Below are positions 1 through 9,021 of a DNA stretch of 64,000 nucleotides, in pieces. A program made the translations under genes and the position numbers. The DNA lies in assembly GCA_036556745.1 (NCBI GenBank), contig DATBIW010000122.1, forward strand, positions 15,116 to 79,115, read 5' to 3'. Below the pieces are notes generated by a model, which saw nothing but the letters and a program-made list of their open reading frames with translations, was not told the DNA's origin and searched no databases. Positions within the stretch are counted from its first letter, which is position 1. Each line of letters begins with the position of its first letter. The stretch comes from Candidatus Limnocylindria bacterium (GTDB taxonomy: Bacteria > Chloroflexota > Limnocylindria > QHBO01).

Positions 1-1077
1 ATCATCGTGTCCCGAAACATCGACCTCTCGGTGGGATCGATCGTGGGCGTCACCGCGATGACCTACGCGCTGCTCATGACCGGCACCGGCATCCTGACCG
101 ACGTGCTGGGGCGCGGGCACCCCCTGACCTGGGTCATCGCGCTGGTGATCGGGCTGTCGGTCGGTGGGCTGATCGGCGCCCTCCAGGGATTCATCGTCGC
201 CTACGTCGGTGTCCCCTCGTTCATCGTCACCCTGGGCGGGCTGCTCGCCTTCCGCGGGGTGGTCTGGATCATGTCCGGCGGCCAGGGCGTCGCGGGACTT
301 GACCTGACCTTCCAGATCCTCGGTGGCGGTCCGCAGGGCTCAATCGGCGGCACGTTCAGCTGGCTGGTCGGCATCATCGGCTGTGTCGGCATCGTCGGGC
401 TGCTCGTCTACAACCGACGTCAACGTCGGAAGTTCGGATTCCCGGTGCGTCCGAGGTGGGCTGAGGTCCTGCTGGGCGCCGTCGGGTGCGCCGTAACCCT
501 GGGCCTGGTCTACATCGCCAACAGCTACCTTTGGCCGCAGCCCCTGGCCGAGCGCTGGGCGGAGGAGCAGGGAATCCCCATCCCGCCGGGTGGCCTGCGG
601 ATCGAGGCCGGGATCCCGTGGCCGATCCTCCTGCTCGTCATGGTCGCGGTCGTCATGTCATTCCTCGCGAATCGCCGACGGTTCGGGCGATACGTGTACG
701 CCATCGGCGGCAACCCCGAAGCGGCCGAGCTGGCCGGCATCAACACGCGCCGGACAGTCCTCAAGGCCTTCATCCTGATGGGGGTCCTATGCGCGCTCAG
801 CGGAGCGGTCGCCGCCGCCCGGTTGAACGCCGCCTCGCTCGACGTGGGCCGCGGGTACGAGCTGTACGTGATCGCCGCCACCGTGATCGGCGGGACCTCG
901 CTGGCCGGAGGCATCGGCACCATCCCGGGCGCGATCCTTGGCGCCCTGGTGATGTCGACCCTCGCCTACGGGCTTCAGTTCATCGGTCTGTCGTCGCCGT
1001 ACCAGGATATCGCGGCGGGCATCGTGCTCATCGTGGCGGTTGGGCTGGACAGCTGGAATCGCCGCCGTGGGACCTAG
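1..1077 (+). CDS. sugar (xylose/ribose-type, CUT2) ABC transporter permease, 5' end cut by window edge
   Basis: ORF 7..1077 stays open to base 1 in the same frame. Multi-TM protein with NIDLSVGS and IGGNPEAAELAGI permease signatures typical of XylH/RbsC-type permeases. Followed by an ABC ATPase and adjacent to xylB/xylA. Confidence 0.85.
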   Translation: MIVSRNIDLSVGSIVGVTAMTYALLMTGTGILTDVLGRGHPLTWVIALVIGLSVGGLIGALQGFIVAYVGVPSFIVTLGGLLAFRGVVWIMSGGQGVAGLDLTFQILGGGPQGSIGGTFSWLVGIIGCVGIVGLLVYNRRQRRKFGFPVRPRWAEVLLGAVGCAVTLGLVYIANSYLWPQPLAERWAEEQGIPIPPGGLRIEAGIPWPILLLVMVAVVMSFLANRRRFGRYVYAIGGNPEAAELAGINTRRTVLKAFILMGVLCALSGAVAAARLNAASLDVGRGYELYVIAATVIGGTSLAGGIGTIPGAILGALVMSTLAYGLQFIGLSSPYQDIAAGIVLIVAVGLDSWNRRRGT

Positions 1078-1095
1078 CCGGATGGAGGTGGCGTC

Positions 1096-1884
1096 GTGAC
1101 CGCGACTGGGCAGGTTCCTTTGGTCGACATGCGCAACATCCGGGTCGCATTCGGTGGTGTCCACGCGGTCGACGACGTGTCGATCGACCTGTACCCCGGC
1201 GAGGTCATGGGGGTTGTCGGCGGCAACGGCGCCGGCAAGTCGACCCTCATGCGCGCGCTGTCGGGCGCCCATCAGGCGGATTCCGGCTCCATCCTGATCG
1301 ATGGCGCCGAGCAGGCCATCACGAACCCGCGCGACGCGAAGAACTTCGGGATCGAGACGATCTACCAGACCCTGGCGCTGGCCGACAACGTGGATGCCCC
1401 GGCCAACGTCTTCCTCGGCCGGGAGATCGGGACGCGCTGGGGGACGCTCGACGACTCCGCCATGGAGTCGGAAACGCGAAAGGTCATGGGTCGGCTCAAC
1501 CCGAACTTCGACCGCTTCACCTCACCCGTGAAGTCCCTGTCCGGCGGGCAGCGCCAGGCGGTGGCCATCGCCCGCGCGGTGTACTTCAACGCCCGGATCC
1601 TGATCATGGACGAGCCGACGGCCGCTCTCGGACCGGCCGAGACGGCGCAGGTCCATGCCCTCATCCGGCAGCTCAAGGACGAGGGCATCGGCATCTTCCT
1701 CATCAGCCACGACATCCATGACGTCTTCGACCTGTCCGATCGGATCAGCGTCATGTACCACGGGCGGATCGTCGGCACGGTGCACCGCGATGACGTCACC
1801 ACCGACGAGGTGCTGGGCATGATCATCCTCGGCAAGAAGCCGGGGGAGGTCACCAGCGACGAGCTGGCCGAACTGCACGGCTGA
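1096..1884 (+). CDS. sugar ABC transporter ATP-binding protein (single nucleotide-binding domain)
   Basis: Walker [10 protein letters not shown], signature LSGGQRQ and Walker B ILIMDEPT. 18 nt downstream of the permease. Confidence 0.9.
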   Translation: MTATGQVPLVDMRNIRVAFGGVHAVDDVSIDLYPGEVMGVVGGNGAGKSTLMRALSGAHQADSGSILIDGAEQAITNPRDAKNFGIETIYQTLALADNVDAPANVFLGREIGTRWGTLDDSAMESETRKVMGRLNPNFDRFTSPVKSLSGGQRQAVAIARAVYFNARILIMDEPTAALGPAETAQVHALIRQLKDEGIGIFLISHDIHDVFDLSDRISVMYHGRIVGTVHRDDVTTDEVLGMIILGKKPGEVTSDELAELHG

Positions 1885-1891
1885 TCGCGCG

Positions 1892-1905
1892 GGCGCCCGG
1901 GCGCC
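1892..1905. terminator. palindrome GGCGCCCGGGCGCC between convergent genes (possible bidirectional terminator)
   Basis: Perfect 14-nt palindrome in the 36-nt gap between the ABC ATPase stop and the xylB stop. No U-tract. Confidence 0.4.
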
Positions 1906-1920
1906 TCGAGCGCGGATGGC

Positions 1921-3405
1921 CTACGGCCGCGGGAAGTGCGGCGCCAGGGCGGGGTAGAGTTCCCGGAAGGCACGGTAGCCCTCGGCGTACGTTTTTGCGT
2001 CCGGGCCTGGGGCGGCCACCGGCGAGGCGCTGACGAGGGCCGCGGTCCCGGCATCCACGGTCGAGAACCACCCGACCCCGACTGCCGACAGAAGCGCCGC
2101 CCCGTACGCCGCGCCCTCGGAGGTGTTCGTCACGGCCAGCTCGGCGTCCAGGACGTCGGCCAGGATCTGACGCCAAAGCGGACTCGCGGTCCCACCGCCT
2201 GAAGCCCGGACCTGCGCCGGAGGGGGTACTCCGGCCGCGATCATCAGCTCGAGACCGTCACGAAGCCCGTAGGCGACGCCCTCGAGCACGGCTCGCACCA
2301 GATGGCGTCGGTCATGCGTAACCGTCAGGCCGACGAACGCGCCGCGTGCGAACGGGTCCGGGTGTGGGCTCCGCTCTCCGGTGAGGTAGGGCAGGAAGTA
2401 CAGCCCCTCGCTGCCGGCCGGGACCTCGGCCGCGGGCGCGATGAGCGCGTCGAAGTCCGTGCCCGGGGCCAACGCGTCGCGGAACCAGCGGAGGCTCCCG
2501 GCCGCCGACAGCATCACCGACATCATGTGCCACCGCCCCGGCACGGCGTGGCAGAAGGCGTGGACCCGCCCGTGGCGCTCGATCCGGGGCTCCGAGGTGG
2601 CGGCGAAGACCACGCCCGAGGTTCCGACCGAGAGGGCCACCGTTCCCTCCGACACGACCCCCACGCCGACCGCGTTTGCGGCCTGGTCGCCGCCCCCGGC
2701 GACCACCGGTGTTCCCCGACGCAGGCCCGTGGCCGACGCGGCCGCATCGGTCAGGGTTCCGGTGATCTCCGGCCCTTCGTGAGTCACCGGCATCCAGCCC
2801 GGGTCGATCTCCAGCGCGGACAGGACCTCGGCCGACCAGTCCCGTCTGGCGAGATCGAACAGCAACGTGCCCGCCCCATCGGCCTTGTCCACCGCGTGGT
2901 CGCCGGTCAGCTGGAGCCGGACGTAGTCCTTCGGCAGCAGGACGTGGGCGACGCGCCGCCACACGTCGGGCTCGTGGTCCCGCACCCAGACCAGCTTCGG
3001 GGCGGTGAACCCGGTGAGCGCGTCGTTCCCCGTGACTTGGATCAGGCGTTCGGGACCGATCACCGCCCGGATGAGGTCGCACTCGGCATCGGTCCGCTGG
3101 TCGTTCCACAGGATTGCCGGGCGCAGGATCGTGTTCGCCGAGTCCAGCAGGACCGCGCCGTGCATCTGTCCCGTCAGGCCGACCGCCACCACATCCTCCG
3201 CGGGAACGCTGGACGAAGCCAGCACAGCCTGGATGGCCGATGTCGTCCCAGCCCACCACAGCGACGGGTCCTGCTCGCTCCAGCGGGGCTGCGGGACCGA
3301 GGTGGGGTACTCCGCCATGCCCGTGGCCTGGACGGCACCCTGCTCATCGACCAGGACGGCCTTGGTCGCCGTGGTCGAGACGTCGATGCCCAGGACGTGT
3401 CCCAT
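1921..3405 (-). CDS. xylB: xylulokinase (FGGY carbohydrate kinase)
   Basis: 494 aa. N-terminus LGIDVSTTATKAVLVD and overall FGGY-kinase pattern. Immediately downstream of xylA on the same strand. Confidence 0.85.
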   Translation of the reverse strand: MGHVLGIDVSTTATKAVLVDEQGAVQATGMAEYPTSVPQPRWSEQDPSLWWAGTTSAIQAVLASSSVPAEDVVAVGLTGQMHGAVLLDSANTILRPAILWNDQRTDAECDLIRAVIGPERLIQVTGNDALTGFTAPKLVWVRDHEPDVWRRVAHVLLPKDYVRLQLTGDHAVDKADGAGTLLFDLARRDWSAEVLSALEIDPGWMPVTHEGPEITGTLTDAAASATGLRRGTPVVAGGGDQAANAVGVGVVSEGTVALSVGTSGVVFAATSEPRIERHGRVHAFCHAVPGRWHMMSVMLSAAGSLRWFRDALAPGTDFDALIAPAAEVPAGSEGLYFLPYLTGERSPHPDPFARGAFVGLTVTHDRRHLVRAVLEGVAYGLRDGLELMIAAGVPPPAQVRASGGGTASPLWRQILADVLDAELAVTNTSEGAAYGAALLSAVGVGWFSTVDAGTAALVSASPVAAPGPDAKTYAEGYRAFRELYPALAPHFPRP

Positions 3406-3424
3406 GGCAGTCGGCGCCGAGCGG

Positions 3425-4795
3425 TCAGTCGGTCTGCGCCGGGCGCTCCGCGGCCCAGACCCGCTGGTTCACCAGGTTTTCGAGGAGCTCCTGGCGACCC
3501 GACCGGGGATGCGGATCGATGGTGCCCTGGGCAACCGTCGAGGCCAGATCCTCCAGTGACTGGCGGCCATCCAAGATCGAGGCGCCGAGCTCGTCGGACC
3601 AGCCCGCGTACCGCTCGTCGCGGAACCGGGCGATGGTGCGGTGCTGGATGATGTCGGCCGCCACGAGCAGCGAGCGGGCGAGCGTGTCCATGCCGCCGAT
3701 ATGGGCATGGAACAGGTCGGTCCGATCTAGGCTCTGGCGGCGGAGCTTGGTGTCGAAGTTGAAGCCTCCGGTCGTGAACCCACCAGCCTGCAGGATCTCG
3801 GCGAGGACCGGCGCGAGCTCGTCAACGGAGTTCGGGAACTGGTCCGTGTCCCACCCGTTCTGGTAGTCGCCGCGGTTGATGTCGACGCTGCCGAAGATCC
3901 CCGTGGCGAGCGCCACCAGAACCTCGTGATGGAAGCTGTGGCCGGCCAGGGTTGCGTGGTTGACCTCGATGTTCACCCGGTACTCATCGGTCAGACCGTG
4001 CCGCTCGAGGAAACCGGCGACGGTCGCGCAGTCGTAGTCGTATTGGTGCTTCGTCGGCTCCTGTGGCTTGGGCTCGATGAGCAGCGTGCCCTGGAAGCCG
4101 ATCCGGTGTTTGTGCTCGGCCACGAGGGTGAGGAATCGCGCCAGCTGCAACTCCTCGCGGGCGAGGTCGGTGTTCAGCAGGGTCTCGTAACCTTCTCGAC
4201 CGCCCCACAGGACGTAGTTCGCGCCCGCGAGCCGGTGCGTGGCTTCGAGCATGAGCTTCACCTGGGCCGCGGCGTAGGCGAAGACCTCGGGGTCGGGGTT
4301 CGTCGCAGCGCCGGCGGCGTAGCGTGGATGGCTGAACAGGTTGGCCGTCCCCCACAGCAGGCGGGCCCCGGTGCGGCCCATATGGCCCTCGATCTCGTCG
4401 ATCATGGCCTCGAGGTTGGCCTGGGTCTCGGTCCAGCCATGACCCTCCGGGGCGACGTCTCGGTCGTGGAAGCAGAAGAACGGGGCACCCAGCTTGGCGA
4501 GGAACTCGAAGGCGGCCCGCACCTTCTCCCGGGCTGCGGCCATGGGGTCGAGTCCCGCGGTCAGCCACGGCCGGTCGAACGTCCCCACGCCGAAGACGTC
4601 GGAGCCGGGCCAGTTAAACGAGTGCCAGAAGCAGACCGCGATCCGGAGGTGGTCCTCCATGCGCCTGCCGAGCACGGGCAAGTCTGGCTGGTAGACCTTG
4701 AACGACAGGGCGTTGTCGTCGTCCACCCCTCCGAACGGGATCCGCGCCTCAACCTCGGTGAAGAACTCGTCGGCCACGCCGGGCGACCGTAGCAC
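3425..4795 (-). CDS. xylA: xylose isomerase
   Basis: 456 aa. [22 protein letters not shown]-terminus, WGGREGY, and FHD/EPKP motifs of class II xylose isomerases. GTG start at 4795, alternative GTG at 4777. Confidence 0.92.
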   Translation of the reverse strand: MLRSPGVADEFFTEVEARIPFGGVDDDNALSFKVYQPDLPVLGRRMEDHLRIAVCFWHSFNWPGSDVFGVGTFDRPWLTAGLDPMAAAREKVRAAFEFLAKLGAPFFCFHDRDVAPEGHGWTETQANLEAMIDEIEGHMGRTGARLLWGTANLFSHPRYAAGAATNPDPEVFAYAAAQVKLMLEATHRLAGANYVLWGGREGYETLLNTDLAREELQLARFLTLVAEHKHRIGFQGTLLIEPKPQEPTKHQYDYDCATVAGFLERHGLTDEYRVNIEVNHATLAGHSFHHEVLVALATGIFGSVDINRGDYQNGWDTDQFPNSVDELAPVLAEILQAGGFTTGGFNFDTKLRRQSLDRTDLFHAHIGGMDTLARSLLVAADIIQHRTIARFRDERYAGWSDELGASILDGRQSLEDLASTVAQGTIDPHPRSGRQELLENLVNQRVWAAERPAQTD

Positions 4796-4827
4796 AGTCG
4801 CCCACCCATCCTTCGCGGAGCAGACCG

Positions 4828-5775
4828 ATGCCCGGCGGGTACCATCCTCCCGCCGTGCGTCGCTTCTTGCTGTGGTGCGCCCGAAACAGGTGGTTGCGGA
4901 CCCACATCCCGCGCCTGCCCGGCGCCCAGCGGGCGGTCCGCCGCTTCATGCCCGGCGAGACGATGGACGACGCCCTCCGGGCGGCGGGCACCCTCCAGGC
5001 CGGCGGCCTGCCCTCGATCTTCACCCGCCTCGGCGAGAACCTGGCCGACCTGGCCCAGGCCGATGAGGTCGTCGCCCACTACCACGAGCTCATCGGCCGG
5101 TTTGCCCGCTGGGGGCTCCACCCCGACGTCTCGCCCAAGCTGACCCAGCTCGGTCTCGACCACGATCCGGACGCCACCGTGGACCACGCCGTCGAGCTGG
5201 CCCGCCACGCGGCCGCAGTCGGCAGCCGGCTGTGGATCGACATGGAGGACAGCTCGTACGTGGACCGCACGCTTGACGCCTACGAGCGCGTGCTCGAGGC
5301 GCAGCCGGGCGTGGGCCTCTGCCTCCAGGCCTACCTGCGCCGGACCCCGGCTGACGTCGAGCGGCTCCTCCCCCTGGGAGCCGGGGTCCGCCTCGTCAAG
5401 GGCGCGTACAACGAGCCGGCCAGCGTGGCCTTCCGGGACAAGGGCGAGGTGGACGAGGCCTACCTCGGGCTCGCCGTCGCCATGCTCCCGGCGGCGGCCG
5501 ACGGGGGGCTCCGGCTGGGGCTCGGCACCCATGACGTCGAGCTCGTCGAGCGGATCGCCGAGGCGGGGGCCGCCCAGGGGATCGGGAAAGAGGCGTTCGA
5601 GGTCCAGATGCTGTACGGCATCCGGGCCGACCAGCAGCGTCGCCTCCAGGCCGAGGGCTACCGGGTCCGCATCCTCATCGCGTACGGGGAGTACTGGTAT
5701 CCGTGGTATGTCCGCCGCCTGGCCGAGCGTCCGGCGAACCTGTGGTTCGCGATGCGGCAGATGATCCCCTGGTGA
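4828..5775 (+). CDS. proline dehydrogenase family protein
   Basis: 315 aa. [13 protein letters not shown]...FTRLGENL N-terminal pattern and LVKGAY / MLYGIR motifs of stand-alone bacterial proline dehydrogenases. Start could be the GTG at 4855. Confidence 0.8.
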   Translation: MPGGYHPPAVRRFLLWCARNRWLRTHIPRLPGAQRAVRRFMPGETMDDALRAAGTLQAGGLPSIFTRLGENLADLAQADEVVAHYHELIGRFARWGLHPDVSPKLTQLGLDHDPDATVDHAVELARHAAAVGSRLWIDMEDSSYVDRTLDAYERVLEAQPGVGLCLQAYLRRTPADVERLLPLGAGVRLVKGAYNEPASVAFRDKGEVDEAYLGLAVAMLPAAADGGLRLGLGTHDVELVERIAEAGAAQGIGKEAFEVQMLYGIRADQQRRLQAEGYRVRILIAYGEYWYPWYVRRLAERPANLWFAMRQMIPW

Positions 5776-5791
5776 GGGACTGGGCCCGCGA

Positions 5792-6001
5792 CTACTCCTC
5801 GGGGAGCTTGAAGTCGGGGTCGATCGGGGCGGTGGTGCCCTCGTGGTCGAAGGTGGGGACCAGGACCCACATGAAGAAGGCCATCGCCCCGGCGAAGACG
5901 AGAAGCAGGACGACACCGGCCATCTCGTAGCTGAGCGCCCAGTAGGCGAGCCCCGCGATCAGGGCGAGGGCCGGGAAGAACAGGTACTTGGCCAGCTTCA
6001 T
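5792..6001 (-). CDS. small two-TM membrane protein, function unknown
   Basis: 69 aa with two clear hydrophobic helices and an acidic C-terminal tail. 10 nt downstream of the preceding minus-strand gene. Protein-like composition. Confidence 0.6.
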   Translation of the reverse strand: MKLAKYLFFPALALIAGLAYWALSYEMAGVVLLLVFAGAMAFFMWVLVPTFDHEGTTAPIDPDFKLPEE

Positions 6002-6011
6002 CGGGGCGCCA

Positions 6012-6566
6012 TCATACGATCCAGCCGCAGTCGGTCCGCCGGACGGCGACCGTTCCCGCCGGCCGAGTGCCGGCCTCGGGGTCGGCGGCCCGCACCAGGG
6101 CGCGGGCGCTCACCGCGCTGTCGGCTCGCTCCAGGGTCGAGCGGCGAACGGCTGGGTCCACGACCGGGGGACCGGCCTCGCCCTGCTCGGGCAGGACCGA
6201 TGGCGGAGGCGGTGCCAGGTTGACCCGTCCCTCGCGGGCGGTGACGACCGTCTGGTCGGGGAATGCCAGCCACAGGCCCCGCATCCGGGCCACGAAGTGC
6301 TCGGCCATGCCCGGCACGAGGAGGTCGACCTGTCCCTGGCCCGAACGGCGATAGCCACGAGGCCGCTCGTCGGCGCGCACCCGGTCCACGAACGGCTGGG
6401 CAAGGAGCTCGTCGAGCGCCGCGGTGACGTTCTCCGGGGCATCGACCCGCGACCGCCCCGCCTGGAAGGTCGCGGTCCCCACGATGGTCTCCCCGTCCGG
6501 TCCGGTACGGACGAGGTCGAACGTGATGACGTCCTCGGTCCGGGGATCGCTGTTTCGCGACAGCAC
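6012..6566 (-). CDS. hypothetical protein
   Basis: 184 aa with balanced, protein-like composition, unlike the Arg/Pro-rich alternative frames. No family recognised. Confidence 0.6.
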   Translation of the reverse strand: MLSRNSDPRTEDVITFDLVRTGPDGETIVGTATFQAGRSRVDAPENVTAALDELLAQPFVDRVRADERPRGYRRSGQGQVDLLVPGMAEHFVARMRGLWLAFPDQTVVTAREGRVNLAPPPPSVLPEQGEAGPPVVDPAVRRSTLERADSAVSARALVRAADPEAGTRPAGTVAVRRTDCGWIV

Positions 6567-6625
6567 GGGCCGAGGATAGCAGCGGGGCTCGGCTAGAATC
6601 CGGCCGCACCGACCGAGGAGATGGC

Positions 6626-6982
6626 GTGGAGCTGACCCAGGAAGCCCCCTACCGCGCGATGGTCGCCGAGCAGTCGGACGACCAGATCGACACGTGGGCC
6701 GCGGACCTGTTCATCGACTTCGCGAAGCGCCTCGGAGTCGGGACCGCCATCGCCGCCTTCAACCGCGCGGCCGGCCTCGACGCGCGCGGCTTCCAGCGGG
6801 CCTTCCTGGTCGGCGGGGGACCGGACCACGTCGTCGGGATCGACACCGCCGGCGCCCTGGCCGCACCGATCTTCGAGCTCCCGAAGGCCGTCACCGGGCT
6901 GCGCCGGATCGACCCGGACGCGCGGGCCAAGCTGGTCGACTTCCTGGTCGACCACCGCGAGGTGATGTCCTACACCCCCTAG
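6626..6982 (+). CDS. hypothetical protein
   Basis: 118 aa. GAGGAG 5 nt upstream of the GTG start and a TAGAAT -10-like hexamer at 6594-6599. Protein-like composition. No family recognised. Confidence 0.6.
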   Translation: MELTQEAPYRAMVAEQSDDQIDTWAADLFIDFAKRLGVGTAIAAFNRAAGLDARGFQRAFLVGGGPDHVVGIDTAGALAAPIFELPKAVTGLRRIDPDARAKLVDFLVDHREVMSYTP

Positions 6983-7021
6983 GCCGCGGCCCAAAGGGTC
7001 GCGGGCCCCGCGCGGGGTGGG

Positions 7022-7990
7022 CTACTCCTCGCGCGAGGCCCGGACGATCGCGATTGCGTTTTCGAGCTTGAGCTTCGTGATGGTGAGGTACTTCGCCAGG
7101 TTGTCCCGGTTGGTTGCCGGGATCTGGTCGATGACCTCGCGCTGGCGGAGCAGATCGGCCAGCTCGTCGACGACAGTCGCCATCCGGCCCTTGAGGTCCA
7201 TCAGCGCGTCATCGGTGTTGCGGGCGGCGACGGCGACACCCGCCGCGGTCCGGCCACGGCGCTTCGGTCGCTCGGGCTCGGCCTTCTCCTTCGGCTCCCG
7301 GGTACCGGTCAGCCGCCGGAGCTTGGCGAGCGTCAGCTCGCCGGCGGCCACCCGCTTGGCGAGCTTGCGGCGGGTCTTGTCATCGGTGACCTTCATCAGC
7401 TCGTAGGCGTGGCTGATGGTGTCCCGGCGGGTCGCGACCAGCTCGCGCACCTCCGGCGGCGCATCGGTCAGGCGGAGGCGGTTCTCGACGTAGCCCTTGT
7501 CCTTGCTGATCTTGGCCGCCAGCTGGCGGACCGAGTAGCCGAGGGCCAGCATCTTGCGATACATCGCCGCCTCCTCCAGCGGCGAGACGTCCTCCCGCTG
7601 GAGGTTCTCGATGATCGAGACCTCGAGGGCGGTCTCCTCGTCGAACTCGAGCACGACCGCCGGGATGGTGGCCAGGCCCGCCAGCCGTGAGGCCCGCCAG
7701 CGGCGCTCTCCGGCGATCAGCTCGAACTGGGCGCCGGCCGGGCGGACGAGGATCGCCTGGAGGACGCCGTGCTCCCGGATCGATTCGGCGAGCTCCGTGA
7801 GCGAGTCCTCCTCATAGGACAGGCGGGGCTGGGCGGGGTTCGGGAGGATCTTGCCGACCGGGATCTCGCGGATCTGGGCACGGGTCATCTTCGACTCGAT
7901 GAGCGAGACGATCCCCGGGGTCAGCTCGGTGGCGGCCGCCTCGTCGAACAGGCGGGCGATGTTGTCCTTGAAGACCGGTGTCCTAGCCAA
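7022..7990 (-). CDS. parB: chromosome partitioning protein ParB
   Basis: 322 aa. ParB-box motifs LPNPAQPR, GVLQAILVRP and GERRWRASRLAG. Overlaps the parA stop by 8 nt. Confidence 0.93.
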   Translation of the reverse strand: MARTPVFKDNIARLFDEAAATELTPGIVSLIESKMTRAQIREIPVGKILPNPAQPRLSYEEDSLTELAESIREHGVLQAILVRPAGAQFELIAGERRWRASRLAGLATIPAVVLEFDEETALEVSIIENLQREDVSPLEEAAMYRKMLALGYSVRQLAAKISKDKGYVENRLRLTDAPPEVRELVATRRDTISHAYELMKVTDDKTRRKLAKRVAAGELTLAKLRRLTGTREPKEKAEPERPKRRGRTAAGVAVAARNTDDALMDLKGRMATVVDELADLLRQREVIDQIPATNRDNLAKYLTITKLKLENAIAIVRASREE

Positions 7991-8759
7991 GCTCGATCAC
8001 CTCCCGGGCCAGATCTCGGAACGCGTGGGCGGCCGCCGAGCTGGGTGCGTACTCGGTCACCGGTCGGCCGGTGAGGGGGGCCTCGCCGAGCTTCACGGTG
8101 TTCTTGATCATCGTGTTGAAGACCCGGTGGTCGCCGAGCTCCCGAAGGTTCTCGAGCATTTCGCGGGCCAGGATCGTCCGGCCGTCATAGAAGGTGGGCA
8201 GCAGGCCGAGGATCTCGAGATCGTGGTTCAGCTTCACGCGGATCGTGTTGATGACCTTGATCAGCGCGGTCAGGCCCTTGATCGCGTAGAACTGGGTCTG
8301 GACCGGAATGATCACCCGCGACGAGGCGACCAGCGCGTTGATCGTAAGCAGGCCGAGCGTCGGCGGGCAGTCGATCAGGACCACGTCGAAGCGGCGGTCG
8401 GCCGATCCGGAGATCGCATCGCGGAGCACCATCTCGCGGCCGATGGCGGTGAACAGCTCGACCTCGGTCGAGGCCAGCTCCAGGGTGGCCGGCGCCACCG
8501 ACAGGCCGGGAACCCGGGTCTCGAGAATCACCTCGTCCAGGCCCAGCCGATCCTCGTTCAGGACGTCGGCCATGGACCGATGGACGTCCGCCAGCGAAAT
8601 ACCGAGGCCGACGGTGAGATTGGCCTGCGGATCCGCGTCGATGCAGAGGACGCGATAGCCGAGCTCGGCCAGGGCGCCACCCAGGTTGATCGTGCACGTC
8701 GTCTTCCCGACGCCACCCTTCTGATTGGCCAGCGAGATGACCTTGGTCAAGGCAAACAC
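7983..8759 (-). CDS. parA: chromosome partitioning ATPase ParA/Soj
   Basis: Deviant Walker A ANQKGGVGKTT. The track ORF 7983..9206 runs through a tRNA gene, so I trimmed it to the GTG at 8759 (VFALTKVISLANQKGG...), which is preceded by a GGAAGG Shine-Dalgarno. Confidence 0.9.
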   Translation of the reverse strand: MFALTKVISLANQKGGVGKTTCTINLGGALAELGYRVLCIDADPQANLTVGLGISLADVHRSMADVLNEDRLGLDEVILETRVPGLSVAPATLELASTEVELFTAIGREMVLRDAISGSADRRFDVVLIDCPPTLGLLTINALVASSRVIIPVQTQFYAIKGLTALIKVINTIRVKLNHDLEILGLLPTFYDGRTILAREMLENLRELGDHRVFNTMIKNTVKLGEAPLTGRPVTEYAPSSAAAHAFRDLAREVIELG

Positions 8760-8847
8760 CTTCCGCGGAGTGGTTGAGCGCTGCTGAAATCGCGACCTGC
8801 GACCCGTCGCCGATGATAGGCAGGGGCCGGTCCCGGGGTCACCGGGG

Positions 8848-8856
8848 TTATCCACA
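8848..8856 (+). promoter_or_regulatory. DnaA-box consensus 9-mer TTATCCACA
   Basis: Perfect match to the classical DnaA box in the parA / tRNA intergenic region. A second 8/9 high-GC-type box TTGTCCACC lies at 8909-8917. Confidence 0.35.
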
Positions 8857-8874
8857 ACGTCCGGGACTGTCGAT

Positions 8875-8890
8875 GTCTTTGTGCAAAGAC
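8875..8890. promoter_or_regulatory. 16-bp palindrome GTCTTTGTGCAAAGAC (candidate operator, copy 1)
   Basis: 7-bp inverted arms. A near-identical copy lies at 10581-10596. Sits where the -35 of the TATACT (8898-8903) promoter would be. Confidence 0.45.
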
Positions 8891-8929
8891 GAGCCCCTAT
8901 ACTCGGACTTGTCCACCGCCAGCCCCGAC

Positions 8930-9002
8930 GGGCCCATAGCTCAGTGGTTAGAGCATCCGGCTCATAACCGGCTGGTCGCAGGTTCGATCCCTGCTGGGCC
9001 CA
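8930..9002 (+). tRNA. tRNA with anticodon CAT (Met by anticodon; cloverleaf resembles lysidine-type tRNA-Ile2)
   Basis: Manual cloverleaf: acceptor GGGCCCA/TGGGCCC, D arm GCTC-AGTGGTTA-GAGC, anticodon loop CTCATAA, variable loop TGGTC, T arm GCAGG-TTCGATC-CCTGC, discriminator A. G1-C72 excludes an initiator. CCA is not encoded. Confidence 0.9.
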
Positions 9003-9021
9003 CACCCCACCTGGAGGATCG

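Noticed and set aside
486-1721. 411-aa plus-strand ORF overlapping the permease and ATPase genes
   Set aside because: It is out of frame relative to two genes with clear ABC motifs. Its translation is Arg/Pro/Gly-rich with no recognisable domain.
6548-6563. GCTGTTTCGCGACAGC inverted repeat resembling half of a parS site
   Set aside because: It matches only the TGTTTC half loosely and lies inside the 5' end of the 6012-6566 coding sequence. Its arms are 5 bp, which is more likely chance.
7022-9021. Replication origin (oriC) next to parAB
   Set aside because: There are only two DnaA-box-like 9-mers, no AT-rich unwinding element, and no dnaA, dnaN, rpmH, rnpA or gid genes nearby. I also saw no parS-like TGTTTCACGTGAAACA site in or near parB.
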